Shown piece after piece: positions 15,383 to 25,048 of a stretch of 64,000 nt of DNA. The DNA is from Macrostomum lignano. Lineage: Eukaryota. Numbering within the stretch: position 1 is the first letter of the stretch; every line of letters starts with the position of its first letter. The notes beneath the pieces are model-generated. The model was given only the letters and a program-made list of their open reading frames with translations, was not told where the DNA came from and did not search any database. The stretch lies in the NCBI GenBank assembly GCA_002269645.1, contig NIVC01002970.1:1-64000 (forward strand), in the 5' to 3' direction. The position numbers and the translations under genes are program-made.

Positions 15383-15902
15383 TTTAATGCCCCCCTCAGT
15401 CCATTATCCCCTCTCAGACGGCAGGGCGCTGTGTGTTGCTTCTGTTGCGGCACTGCCATTTGCGACTTCAATTGTTAAAGCTTGGAATTACTTGTGGTAC
15501 TAATAGATAATAGGTCTTTGTAGGAAGTTGTCGCTTTTGTTTATTTTGTTTGATGTGCCTTTTGTCAGACGTTTTCGGTGTCTTTTTTTGTAATACTTTT
15601 ATCTTTCGTCTGATGCTGTCAATGTGCTCTGTGGTGTCTTCTGTCTGTTTTTATTCCCCCTTAGTTCCTGTTCGCCGCACTAAACCCCGTCTGTAAGCCC
15701 CCAATTCTTATGTTGTTAGTCTCATGGTATTAAAAAGAGCTTTACGCTTAGATCTGCCCGATTGAATGGATCGTCCAATAAGGATGCTTCTGCTTAATTC
15801 CATGGACGACGATTCCCCATTGCTCACTCCATATATGCAGCTGCTTTCATTGTTGTCCAACTTAAACTCGCCATCATAGCTTTCTGTCTTGTCTTTCAAA
15901 TC

Positions 15903-18900
15903 ATGAGTCTCTTCATTCGCATTTGCCTACTGGCTGCTCTTGTGTTGCTTTGTGACGGAACGCACAATCGGCGCATTTCGTTTCTGGATTTGTCCAAAAA
16001 TTTGTTTCAAGAGTACAGTGACGAAAGTCTTAGAAAGTCCTTTCGCTGCCCATATGGTGCTTGCGGGCAAATACTTGCAAAAATCTCAGCAAAAAATAGT
16101 TTAGAAAATCGTCGAATTGTATGGCTATTCTACCAAAGGAAGATCGTTGGAGGTAAGTCAACTATACCGACTAAATCTAGTAACAAATTTTCTATTCCAA
16201 ATGATAGGAGGAAACCTTCTTTTGTTGCTGGTAGGAGTGCTGCTGGTGCTGCTGGTGTTGCTTTGAGAGGTGCTGCTGGTGTTGCTTTGAGATGTGCTGA
16301 TGGTGTTGCTGGGAGGAGTGCTGCTGGTGCTGCTGGTGTTGCTGGGAGGAGTGCTGCTTCTGTTGCTGGGAGGAGTGCTGCTGGTGTTGCTGGGAGGAGT
16401 GCTGCTGGTGCTGCTGGGAGGAGTGCTGTCGGTGTTGCTGGGAGGAGTGCTGCTGGTGCTGCTGGGAGGAGTGCTGCTGGTGTTGCTGGGAGGAGTGCTG
16501 CTGGTGCTGCTGGTGTTGCTGGGAGGAGTGCTGTCGGTGTTGCTGGGAGGAGTGCTGCTGGTGCTGCTGGTGTTGCTGGGAGGAGTGCTGCTGGTGTTGC
16601 TGGGAGGAGTGCTGCTTCTGTTGCTGGGAGGAGTGCTGTCGGTGTTGCTGGGAGGAGTGCTGCTGGTGCTGCTGGTGTTGCTGGGAGGAGTGCTGCTGGT
16701 GTTGCTGGGAGGAGTGCTGCTGGTGTTGCTGGGAGGAGTGCCGTCGGTGTTGCTGGGAGGAGTGCTGCTGGTGCTGCTGGTGTTGCTGGGAGGAGTGCTG
16801 CTGGTGTTGCTTTGAGAGGTGCTGCTGGTGTTGCTTTGAGGGGTGCTGCTGGTGTTGCTGGGAGGAGTGCTGCTTGTGCTGCTGGGAGGAGTGCTGCTGG
16901 TGTTGCTTTGAGAGGTGCTGCTGGTGTTGCTGGGAGGAGTGCTGCTGGTGCTGCTGGTGTTGCTGGGAGGAGTGCTGTCGGTGTTGCTGGGAGGAGTGCT
17001 GCTGGTGCTGCTGGTGTTGCTGGGAGGAGTGCTGTCGGTGTTGCTGGGAGGAGTGCTGTCGGTGTTGCTGGGAGGAGTGCTGCTGGTGCTGCTGGTGTTG
17101 CTGGGAGGAGTGCTGCTGGTGCTGCTGGTGTTGCTGGGAGGAGTGCTGCTTCTGTTGCTGGGAGGAGTGCTGCTGGTGTTGCTGGGAGGAGTGCTGCTTG
17201 TGCTGCTGGGAGGAGTGCTGCTGGTGCTGCTGGTGTTGCTTTGAGAGGTGCTGCTGGTGTTGCTTTGAGGGGTGCTGCTGGTGTTGCTGAGAGGAGTGCT
17301 ACTTCTGTTGCTGGGAGGAGTGCTGCTGGTGTTGCTGGGAGGTGTGCTGCTGGTGCTGCTGGTGTTGCTGGTGTTGCTGGTGTTGCCTGTGTTGCTGGGA
17401 GGAGTGCTGCCGGTGTTGTTGGTGCTGCTAGGAGGGCTGGTGCTGGGAGTGATGATGTTGGGAGTGATGCTGCTGGGAGTGATGATGTTGTGAGTGATGC
17501 TGCTGGGAGTGATGATGTTGGGAGTGATGATGCTGGGAGTGATGATGTTGTGAGTGATGCTGCTGGGAGTGATGATGTTGTGAGTGATGCTGCTGGGAGT
17601 GATGCTGCTGGGAGTGATGATGTTGGGAGTGATGATGCTGGGAGTGATGATGCTGGGAGTGATGATGTTGTGAGTGATGCTGCTGGGAGTGATGATGTTG
17701 GGAGTGATGCTGCTGGGAGTGATGATGTTGGGAGTGATGATGCTGGGAGTGATGCTGCTGGGAGTGATGATGTTGTGAGTGATGCTGCTGGGAGTGATGC
17801 TGCTGGGAGTGATGCTGCTGGGAGTGATGCTGCTGGGAGTGATGATGTTGGGAGTGATGATGCTGGGAGTGATGATGCTGGGAGTGATGATGTTGGGAGT
17901 GATGATGCTGGGAGTGATGCTGCTGGGAGTGATGCTGCTGGGAGTGATGCTGCTGGGAGTGATGATGTTGGGAGTGATCATGCTGGGAGTGATGCTGCTG
18001 GGAGTGATGCTGCTGGGAGTGATGATGTTGTGAGTGATGCTGCTGGGAGTGATGATGTTGGGAGTGATGATGCTGGGAGTGATGCTGCTGGGAGTGATGA
18101 TGCTGGGAGTGATGCTGGTCGGAGTGATGCTGCTGGGAGTGATGATGTTGTGAGTGATGATGCTGGGAGTGATGCTGCTATAAGTGATGATGTTGTGAGT
18201 GATGATGTTGGGAGTGATGATGTTGGGAGTGATGATGCTGGGAGTGATGCTGCTGGGAGTGATGCTGCTGGGAGTGATGATGCTGGGAGTGATGATGTTG
18301 GGAGTGATGATGCTGGGAGTGATGCTGCTGGGAGTGATGCTGCTGGGAGTGATGATGTTGTGAGTGATGATGCTGGGAGTGATGCTGCTATAAGTGATGA
18401 TGTTGTGAGTGATGATGTTGGGAGTGATGATGTTGGGAGTGATGATGCTGGGAGTGATGCTGCTGGGAGTGATGCTGCTGGGAGTGATGATGCTGGGAGT
18501 GATGATGTTGGGAGTGATGATGCTGGGAGTGATGCTGCTGGGAGTGATGCTGCTGGGAGTGATGATGTTGTGAGTGATGCTGCTGGGAGTGATGATGTTG
18601 TGAGTGATGATGTTGGGAGTGATGCTGGTCGGAGTGATGATGCGGAGAGCAGTGATGATGTGAAGCAATTTCATTATTCGAATTTTATTATTAAGTTGTC
18701 TTTTGATGTGTGGCAAAAAAATATGAAAATTAGGCAGAGTCAGAAGAATTATGCTGCACTCACGCGGAGTGCAGCATCATGGTGGCTAGATACGTTGAGG
18801 GAAAACTATCGAAGCTATTGCTCTGCTAGTGAACAGGGAAGTAATTGTGTGTTAAAATTCAAAAATCGCTATGTGAACTTTCCGTGTTCCAAAAGGCAAA

Positions 18901-21446
18901 ACCCAAAATATTTTTTAAAACAAGTCGCTTTTTGTCAGCACGCTGGTTGCGAGATTGTTCACGATTTCAGAATTTCCAACGTACCCACCTCAAATCAGCC
19001 AGTGGACGTAGTGGTACATAGCAGGGGCAGAAAATGTCACCAAAAAGCAACGATTTCGAGAATGACCCCTGCGGAAGCGCAAAAGATAACGAAGCTGCTT
19101 GAAGCCGATGCACCAACAGAGGTTCACGATAGGCTTCTTTCCGAAATGTCTAAGAGAGACAGAGACGAGTACAACTTCTCAAGAGCAAAGAATTTAGAAG
19201 CCATTCGGCGCGTCAATGCAAAGCGCATTGTCTCTGCTGAAGATCGTCTCCACAATAATGTTGAAGTCGAACTCTCTGTGCAGCAGCAAATTTTGCACGA
19301 TACAGATGTGGAGAGTAAGTACGTGCTAGGCTACATTCAAGCCACATCACGTCGCCCTTTTCACATTCATTTGTATCTGGAAAAGCAACTTGAATTAATA
19401 GTCAACAGGCCTCAGTGTGTATTGCATCTTGACGCGACTGGCGGCATTTTCAAAAAGATCCAGCGCCTAGGCAAAAAGATGATGCTGTACTCCCTAGTAC
19501 TTCCCTCCGCCAACCAGGAAACACGCAGTGTACCAGTGGCTGAGATGGTTACAAGCGATCATAAAACAAAATCAATTCAACATTTCCTATTCTCTGTGCG
19601 AGCTGATTTAGGAGCACTCGCTTCCGGCACACTGATGTCATACGAGTTTATGCCGGCTGTAATTGTCACCGACTTTTCATGGGCGATGTTGCATTCAGTT
19701 TGTCGGTCATTTGGAAACAGCTTAGAGGAATACCTGGTCGATTCATTCGAGGCAGTTCACAGTGGGAGGTCCATATCGTACACGATTCCGTTTATTTGCA
19801 CTAATCATGCAATTCATGCATTTGCCCGAGGCATCAAAGCAAAAGGAACTGTCGAAAAAGCCGTTCGAGAACTTTTTATAAATTCATTTGTTCTGCTTAT
19901 TCATCAGGAAACCTTTGAGGCGTTTGAGTTCACATTGAATATCGTAACAGAAACATTCCTAGGGCAGCGCCATCCTCGGGACTTAATAAATCAAATCAAT
20001 CAATGGGAAACGACTCACACCACAACCGATGAAAACATTTTGCTAGACATAAACGAAAAAGTAAAAAAACCCAAACCTTATGATGATAAATCACATGCTA
20101 TTCGAATTAAATCGCTCCGAGAAAACTCGCCATTCTTTAGCCTGTTTCTGGCAAGGCAGAAAATAATTGACAGCACTGAGCCTTCTAACACGCCTTTCGA
20201 AAAATATTATTCTCCGCAGCTGCTGATTTACCTTCTAAAAAACTGGTGCAGCCTGGCGCCTCTCTTTTGTCATTTTATAGCTGCTCTAAAAAGATTTGAG
20301 AAGAAAAAGAGCTGGTTTTCAAATTCATACGTTGAATCATACTTTGCCGACGTGAAATCACGCATATCAAAGAGAGGAAAGAGAGTGCGCACGACATGCT
20401 TTGTTGAGATGCAGTTGAAGTACTTGAAAGCTCGCATATCTGCATTCAATATATTTAACAAGTGTGGAAAAGCTACATTGTCAGGACGAAAGAGAAAGCG
20501 TGAGGACATTTCATCATGCCAGGAGGAGTGGAAAAAACGTGAATCAAATACGCGCTCGAAATATAAACGGCAGAAAACAAGTCAAAGAGCCCACCGTACC
20601 AACCCAATGACATCTGGTCCATCAGGCACGCACGACCAAGAGCACTCAGAGGTTTGGTACACTCGGGCGGGAGACTTCCTGAGCAGGTACGACAAAGATT
20701 CGTTAGCACCAGGGCAGTGGCTGTCCATCGGCATCGTGAATGCTTTTTTCCATCTTCTCTGCGTTAGCAACCCGGATCGTGAAGTTGGTCACTTGCCGTC
20801 CAGCTTCTTCAGCTGCATCCGAAACGTAGATTCGAATGATGCACTGAGGATGCTACAGAACTCTGTTTCAACCGGTTGCAAGCGCCTACTGAGTCCCATT
20901 TTAGAAAACGACCACTTTCACTTAGTCTATATTGATTTGAACACAAAGCAACTTGCAGTCTTAGACACAAGGCCAATTAGGAACAGCGACATAACAAATC
21001 GATACATTGAGCTTTGGCACAGGTTCATCAACACGGCCCAAGTAAAGATGTGCGTTCCGAGTGTTCAAGGAAAATATAGGAATAAATCGATGCTAAGATC
21101 CATTCAAGCAGATGGCTACAACTGTGGAGTCTTTGTGTGCTTGTACGCAAAAGTATTGATCACATCTAACGATAATGAATTCAGGTCTTTGTGCTTTCCA
21201 ACCTCGAGGCAATTTTTTAACAAAGTAAGAACCCATATTTGGGAATATTTAGAAGGCACAGCCTATTCGAATAATGGAAACGCAAACTCGTGCATACTCT
21301 GCAACGAAGCAGAAGCCAGAGAGAGTGGTACTTGGCTACAATGCGACCTCTGTGACTCATGGATGCACATTGAATGCGCCTCTCCAGAGATGCTCCAGCG
21401 CCACAGCGCTCATGGCTATGTGTGCTGCTGCGTGCCATACAACTAA
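15903..21446 (+). CDS. Mutator-like (NOF/Phantom-type) DDE transposase fused to Ulp1/C48 SUMO-protease domain and C-terminal PHD finger
   Basis: 1847 codons without a stop. MULE-type catalytic motifs: HLDATG (D1177, nt 19431), VTDFSWA (D1257, nt 19671), CTNH (CxxH, C1299), SNSYVESYF (E1478, nt 20334). An upstream CQHAGC...KCH zinc-finger-like region is present. Ulp1 motifs: WLS..IVN, HFHLVYID (H1671), VLDT (D1688), QADGYNCG (Q1735, C1741). PHD: CILC...WLQCDLCDSWMHIEC...YVCCC from aa 1797, with an atypical last Cys pair. The true start and possible splicing of the repeat-containing N-terminus are uncertain. Confidence 0.88.
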   Translation: MSLFIRICLLAALVLLCDGTHNRRISFLDLSKNLFQEYSDESLRKSFRCPYGACGQILAKISAKNSLENRRIVWLFYQRKIVGGKSTIPTKSSNKFSIPNDRRKPSFVAGRSAAGAAGVALRGAAGVALRCADGVAGRSAAGAAGVAGRSAASVAGRSAAGVAGRSAAGAAGRSAVGVAGRSAAGAAGRSAAGVAGRSAAGAAGVAGRSAVGVAGRSAAGAAGVAGRSAAGVAGRSAASVAGRSAVGVAGRSAAGAAGVAGRSAAGVAGRSAAGVAGRSAVGVAGRSAAGAAGVAGRSAAGVALRGAAGVALRGAAGVAGRSAACAAGRSAAGVALRGAAGVAGRSAAGAAGVAGRSAVGVAGRSAAGAAGVAGRSAVGVAGRSAVGVAGRSAAGAAGVAGRSAAGAAGVAGRSAASVAGRSAAGVAGRSAACAAGRSAAGAAGVALRGAAGVALRGAAGVAERSATSVAGRSAAGVAGRCAAGAAGVAGVAGVACVAGRSAAGVVGAARRAGAGSDDVGSDAAGSDDVVSDAAGSDDVGSDDAGSDDVVSDAAGSDDVVSDAAGSDAAGSDDVGSDDAGSDDAGSDDVVSDAAGSDDVGSDAAGSDDVGSDDAGSDAAGSDDVVSDAAGSDAAGSDAAGSDAAGSDDVGSDDAGSDDAGSDDVGSDDAGSDAAGSDAAGSDAAGSDDVGSDHAGSDAAGSDAAGSDDVVSDAAGSDDVGSDDAGSDAAGSDDAGSDAGRSDAAGSDDVVSDDAGSDAAISDDVVSDDVGSDDVGSDDAGSDAAGSDAAGSDDAGSDDVGSDDAGSDAAGSDAAGSDDVVSDDAGSDAAISDDVVSDDVGSDDVGSDDAGSDAAGSDAAGSDDAGSDDVGSDDAGSDAAGSDAAGSDDVVSDAAGSDDVVSDDVGSDAGRSDDAESSDDVKQFHYSNFIIKLSFDVWQKNMKIRQSQKNYAALTRSAASWWLDTLRENYRSYCSASEQGSNCVLKFKNRYVNFPCSKRQNPKYFLKQVAFCQHAGCEIVHDFRISNVPTSNQPVDVVVHSRGRKCHQKATISRMTPAEAQKITKLLEADAPTEVHDRLLSEMSKRDRDEYNFSRAKNLEAIRRVNAKRIVSAEDRLHNNVEVELSVQQQILHDTDVESKYVLGYIQATSRRPFHIHLYLEKQLELIVNRPQCVLHLDATGGIFKKIQRLGKKMMLYSLVLPSANQETRSVPVAEMVTSDHKTKSIQHFLFSVRADLGALASGTLMSYEFMPAVIVTDFSWAMLHSVCRSFGNSLEEYLVDSFEAVHSGRSISYTIPFICTNHAIHAFARGIKAKGTVEKAVRELFINSFVLLIHQETFEAFEFTLNIVTETFLGQRHPRDLINQINQWETTHTTTDENILLDINEKVKKPKPYDDKSHAIRIKSLRENSPFFSLFLARQKIIDSTEPSNTPFEKYYSPQLLIYLLKNWCSLAPLFCHFIAALKRFEKKKSWFSNSYVESYFADVKSRISKRGKRVRTTCFVEMQLKYLKARISAFNIFNKCGKATLSGRKRKREDISSCQEEWKKRESNTRSKYKRQKTSQRAHRTNPMTSGPSGTHDQEHSEVWYTRAGDFLSRYDKDSLAPGQWLSIGIVNAFFHLLCVSNPDREVGHLPSSFFSCIRNVDSNDALRMLQNSVSTGCKRLLSPILENDHFHLVYIDLNTKQLAVLDTRPIRNSDITNRYIELWHRFINTAQVKMCVPSVQGKYRNKSMLRSIQADGYNCGVFVCLYAKVLITSNDNEFRSLCFPTSRQFFNKVRTHIWEYLEGTAYSNNGNANSCILCNEAEARESGTWLQCDLCDSWMHIECASPEMLQRHSAHGYVCCCVPYN
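16224..17441 (+). repeat. 24-bp-based minisatellite inside the transposase ORF (encodes GRSAAGVA-type repeats)
   Basis: Units such as GCTGGTGTTGCTGGGAGGAGTGCT with 9-bp GCTGGTGCT inserts; all length variants are multiples of 3. Confidence 0.95.
17442..18662 (+). repeat. 15-bp minisatellite inside the transposase ORF (encodes GSDDA/GSDAA/VSDDV repeats)
   Basis: Unit GCTGGGAGTGATGAT and variants, about 80 copies, frame preserved. Confidence 0.95.
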
Positions 21447-21487
21447 AGTTTTCCTTTGACTTACACCGGCTTTGTGCGAAAACATTG

Positions 21488-23367
21488 TTGTAAATACTCG
21501 TCTGCGTATTTGGCATATAGTATCTGAAATTGTAAATACTCGTCTGCGTATTTGGCATATAGTATCTGAAATTGTAAATACTCGTCTGCGTATTTGGCAT
21601 ATAGTATCTGAAATTGTAAATACTCGTCTGCGTATTTGGCATATAGTATCTGAAATTGTAAATACTCGTCTGCGTATTTGGCATATAGTATCTGAAATTG
21701 TAAATACTCGTCTGCGTATTTGGCATATAGTATCTGAAATTGTAAATACTCGTCTGCGTATTTTGCATATAGTATCTGAAATTGTAAATACTCGTCTGCG
21801 TATTTGGCATATAGTATCTGAAATTGTAAATACTCGTCTGCGTATTTGGCATATAGTATCTGAAATTGTAAATACTCGTCTGCGTATTTTGCATATAGTA
21901 TCTGAAATTGTAAATACTCGTCTGCGTATTTTGCATATAGTATCTGAAATTGTAAATACTCGTCTGCGTATTTGGCATATAGTATCTGAAATTGTAAATA
22001 CTCGTCTGCGTATTTTGCATATAGTATCTGAAATTGTAAATACTCGTCTGCGTATTTTGCATATAGTATCTGAAATTGTAAATACTCGTCTGCGTATTTT
22101 GCATATAGTATCTGAAATTGTAAATACTCGTCTGCGTATTTTGCATATAGTATCTGAAATTGTAAATACTCGTCTGCGTATTTTGCATATAGTATCTGAA
22201 ATTGTAAATACTCATCTGCGTATTTTGCATATAGTATCTGAAATTGTAAATACTCATCTGCGTATTTTGCATATAGTATCTGAAATTGTAAATACTCGTC
22301 TGCGTATTTTGCATATAGTATCTGAAATTGTAAATACTCGTCTGCGTATTTTGCATATAGTATCTGAAATTGTAAATACTCGTCTGCGTATTTTGCATAT
22401 AGTATCTGAAATTGTAAATACTCGTCTGCGTATTTTGCATATAGTATCTGAAATTGTAAATACTCGTCTGCGTATTTTGCATATAGTATCTGAAATTGTA
22501 AATACTCATCTGCGTATTTTGCATATAGTATCTGAAATTGTAAATACTCGTCTGCGTATTTTGCATATAGTATCTGAAATTGTAAATACTCGTCTGCGTA
22601 TTTTGCATATAGTATCTGAAATTGTAAATACTCATCTGCGTATTTTGCATATAGTATCTGAAATTGTAAATACTCATCTGCGTATTTTGCATATAGTATC
22701 TGAAATTGTAAATACTCATCTGCGTATTTTGCATATAGTATCTGAAATTGTAAATACTCATCTGCGTATTTTGCATATAGTATCTGAAATTGTAAATACT
22801 CGTCTGCGTATTTTGCATATAGTATCTGAAATTGTAAATACTCGTCTGCGTATTTTGCATATAGTATCTGAAATTGTAAATACTCATCTGCGTATTTTGC
22901 ATATAGTATCTGAAATTGTAAATACTCGTCTGCGTATTTTGCATATAGTATCTGAAATTGTAAATACTCATCTGCGTATTTTGCATATAGTATCTGAAAT
23001 TGTAAATACTCGTCTGCGTATTTTGCATATAGTATCTGAAATTGTAAATACTCGTCTGCGTATTTTGCATATAGTATCTGAAATTGTAAATACTCATCTG
23101 CGTATTTTGCATATAGTATCTGAAATTGTAAATACTCGTCTGCGTATTTTGCATATAGTATCTGAAATTGTAAATACTCGTCTGCGTATTTGGCATATAG
23201 TATCTGAAATTGTAAATACTCGTCTGCGTATTTTGCATATAGTATCTGAAATTGTAAATACTCATCTGCGTATTTTGCATATAGTATCTGAAATTGTAAA
23301 TACTCGTCTGCGTATTTTGCATATAGTATCTGAAATTGTAAATACTCGTCTGCGTATTTGGCATATA
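21488..23367 (+). repeat. 42-bp minisatellite, about 45 copies
   Basis: Unit TTGTAAATACTCGTCTGCGTATTT(G/T)GCATATAGTATCTGAAA, with only two variable sites; begins about 40 bp after the transposase stop codon. Confidence 0.98.
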
Positions 23368-24159
23368 CGCTCGTAGTATCTGATTTCTTAAATTGAAAAT
23401 ATTATATTTGTAATACATAATATCTAAGATCTTCCGTATATTATATAATATTCGAAATACATAATATCTTAAATTTTCTATATAATATCCAAATATTTAT
23501 TATCTATAATATCCAATATCTTCTGTATAAAACATGACATTAACTAGAAAACATAAACATTTAGCATAACATAGCTAATACCATATACAGTAAAAACTTG
23601 TACATGCTAAATATCATACGCATGAGAGAGCCAATAGCTCAGCAAAGAATACAATGCGGAAAATGCTCAAGCAACATTTCTTTGTGCATTTAACGAATTT
23701 TCTGCAAATCACAAAAACTTTGTGAGAAACTCTGCCAAAGCCAGTCCCAAGCCTGGTTGCAAAAAGAGGAGGGTAGCAAAGTTAACGAATTCACAAGCAT
23801 GGCAAAAACATGTTATAAAAAATTGCAATGAACAGGTGACCAAGAAAAAAACCTTTAGCCAACCGGACCGAAAGGAACAAGAAGACGCAGGGGTCGCGGC
23901 GAAAAGTCGGGCGAAACGAGCCCAGCGAGAGTGAGTGTATTTGACGCGAAATTGAAGTACGAGTATTACAAGCAATGAGATAAATGAAGAGGGATAAAAA
24001 GAGGGGAAAGGCAGAGGGAAAAGGCAAGCGCACAAGAAAAAAAATTTCGCCAAGCATGCCAACGCTGAGGCACAGAGTACGCGAATAAAAGGGGCAACGC
24101 GACCCCAACCCCCACCACCCCACACCACGCGCACAACACACCGCACCCACACCCCCACC

Positions 24160-25047
24160 CAGCACAGAGGCAGAGGCTCGGTTGCACTCAGCTTCTGTCC
24201 TCGCCATGACAAGAAAATCATCTATGAAGACAATGGTGGCCAGAAAGCCTTTGCGGCATATCATACGCCGAACCGCTTGAGTGAGACGATGGAAGATGCT
24301 GACAGTGGCACGACTGCCGAATGTTAGCCGCGTGTTGACTAAGTAAGCCGAGCGCCCGTCACCGAAGTCCCAGTGAATCCCGGTGGCTTGGTAGCACTGC
24401 GGAGAAATGGGCACAGCACGGTAGGCGGACGAGATGTCAACCATGAATCAGCCCGGCTGCATCAAATTAACGGCCTCATCGACAGAAGTGAAGCGGAGCT
24501 TGCGCTGCTGGGCGTAGTGGTCGTTCAGGCTTTGGCGGTGAGGAACGGAGCAGTCGTGGATCAGCCGGATGCTGGCACTGTCTCTAGGAATCGCGCCGAG
24601 TTTGCAGACCATCGCGGGCTTGTCCGCCACCGGGATGTATCTGCCCAGACGGATTTCTTCTTCTAGGGCTGCTTGGACTTGGTCGCGTTTTTGGTAGGAG
24701 GATTTGTAGTTGCGTAGAAAACAGGGCGTAAAATCAAGGTCATCAGCGATAGGGAAGCCATGCTTGATGCTGTCAAGAATAAAATCAGCGTCGTGGTCAC
24801 CGGCGAGCTCCTGGCGCCAGGCGTCGATTCGAAGATGACCAGACGGCCGCGTCAGAGCAGAGATTTGAGTAAGCGGCCTGAGGAGGCCTGCCGCTGGGGC
24901 AGGCTGCGTCGGGTTGTTAAAATCAGAAGGCGTAAAATCGGCTGTGCGCGCGCAATCGGCGCGCTTTCTCAGTTTTTTGAGTGATTCTGCTCAGAGTGGT
25001 TGCCCTCGCACACTCGGCAGGCATGCAGATAGTGGCAGTTCGTTCTT
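24160..25047 (-). mobile_element. Truncated DIRS/Ngaro-type (tyrosine-recombinase) retrotransposon fragment: gag zinc-finger end plus RT N-terminal half, pseudogenised
   Basis: Minus strand 25047-24970 reads CHYLHACRVCEGNH (gag-type Cys/His knuckle). An overlapping frame 24990-24160 reads LRIDAWRQEL..DADFILDSIKHGF..RNYKSS..EEIRLGRY..LGAIPR..IRLIHDCSVP..SLND..FTSVDEAV..PG*FMVDISSAYRAVP..RLTFGSR..IFHRL..VFIDDFL. There is one in-frame TGA at 24448-24450. RT homology stops near 24160; no RNase H or recombinase is seen. Confidence 0.85.
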
Positions 25048-25048
25048 G

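Noticed and set aside
16158-18716. 852-aa minus-strand mucin-like ORF and the short Leu/Val/Cys-rich ORFs at 16294-18033
   Set aside because: They are alternative frames of a stop-free minisatellite, with no recognisable domain outside the repeat. Kept only as an observation.
21488-23367. Possible CRISPR array (also considered for the 20-bp, 36-bp and 170-bp arrays)
   Set aside because: Units are head-to-tail with no unique spacers, no cas genes are present, and the context is eukaryotic.
21217-23418. 733-aa (-) and 634-aa (+) ORFs with 14-aa periodicity
   Set aside because: They are translations of the 42-bp repeat, whose unit length is divisible by 3 and lacks stops in those frames.
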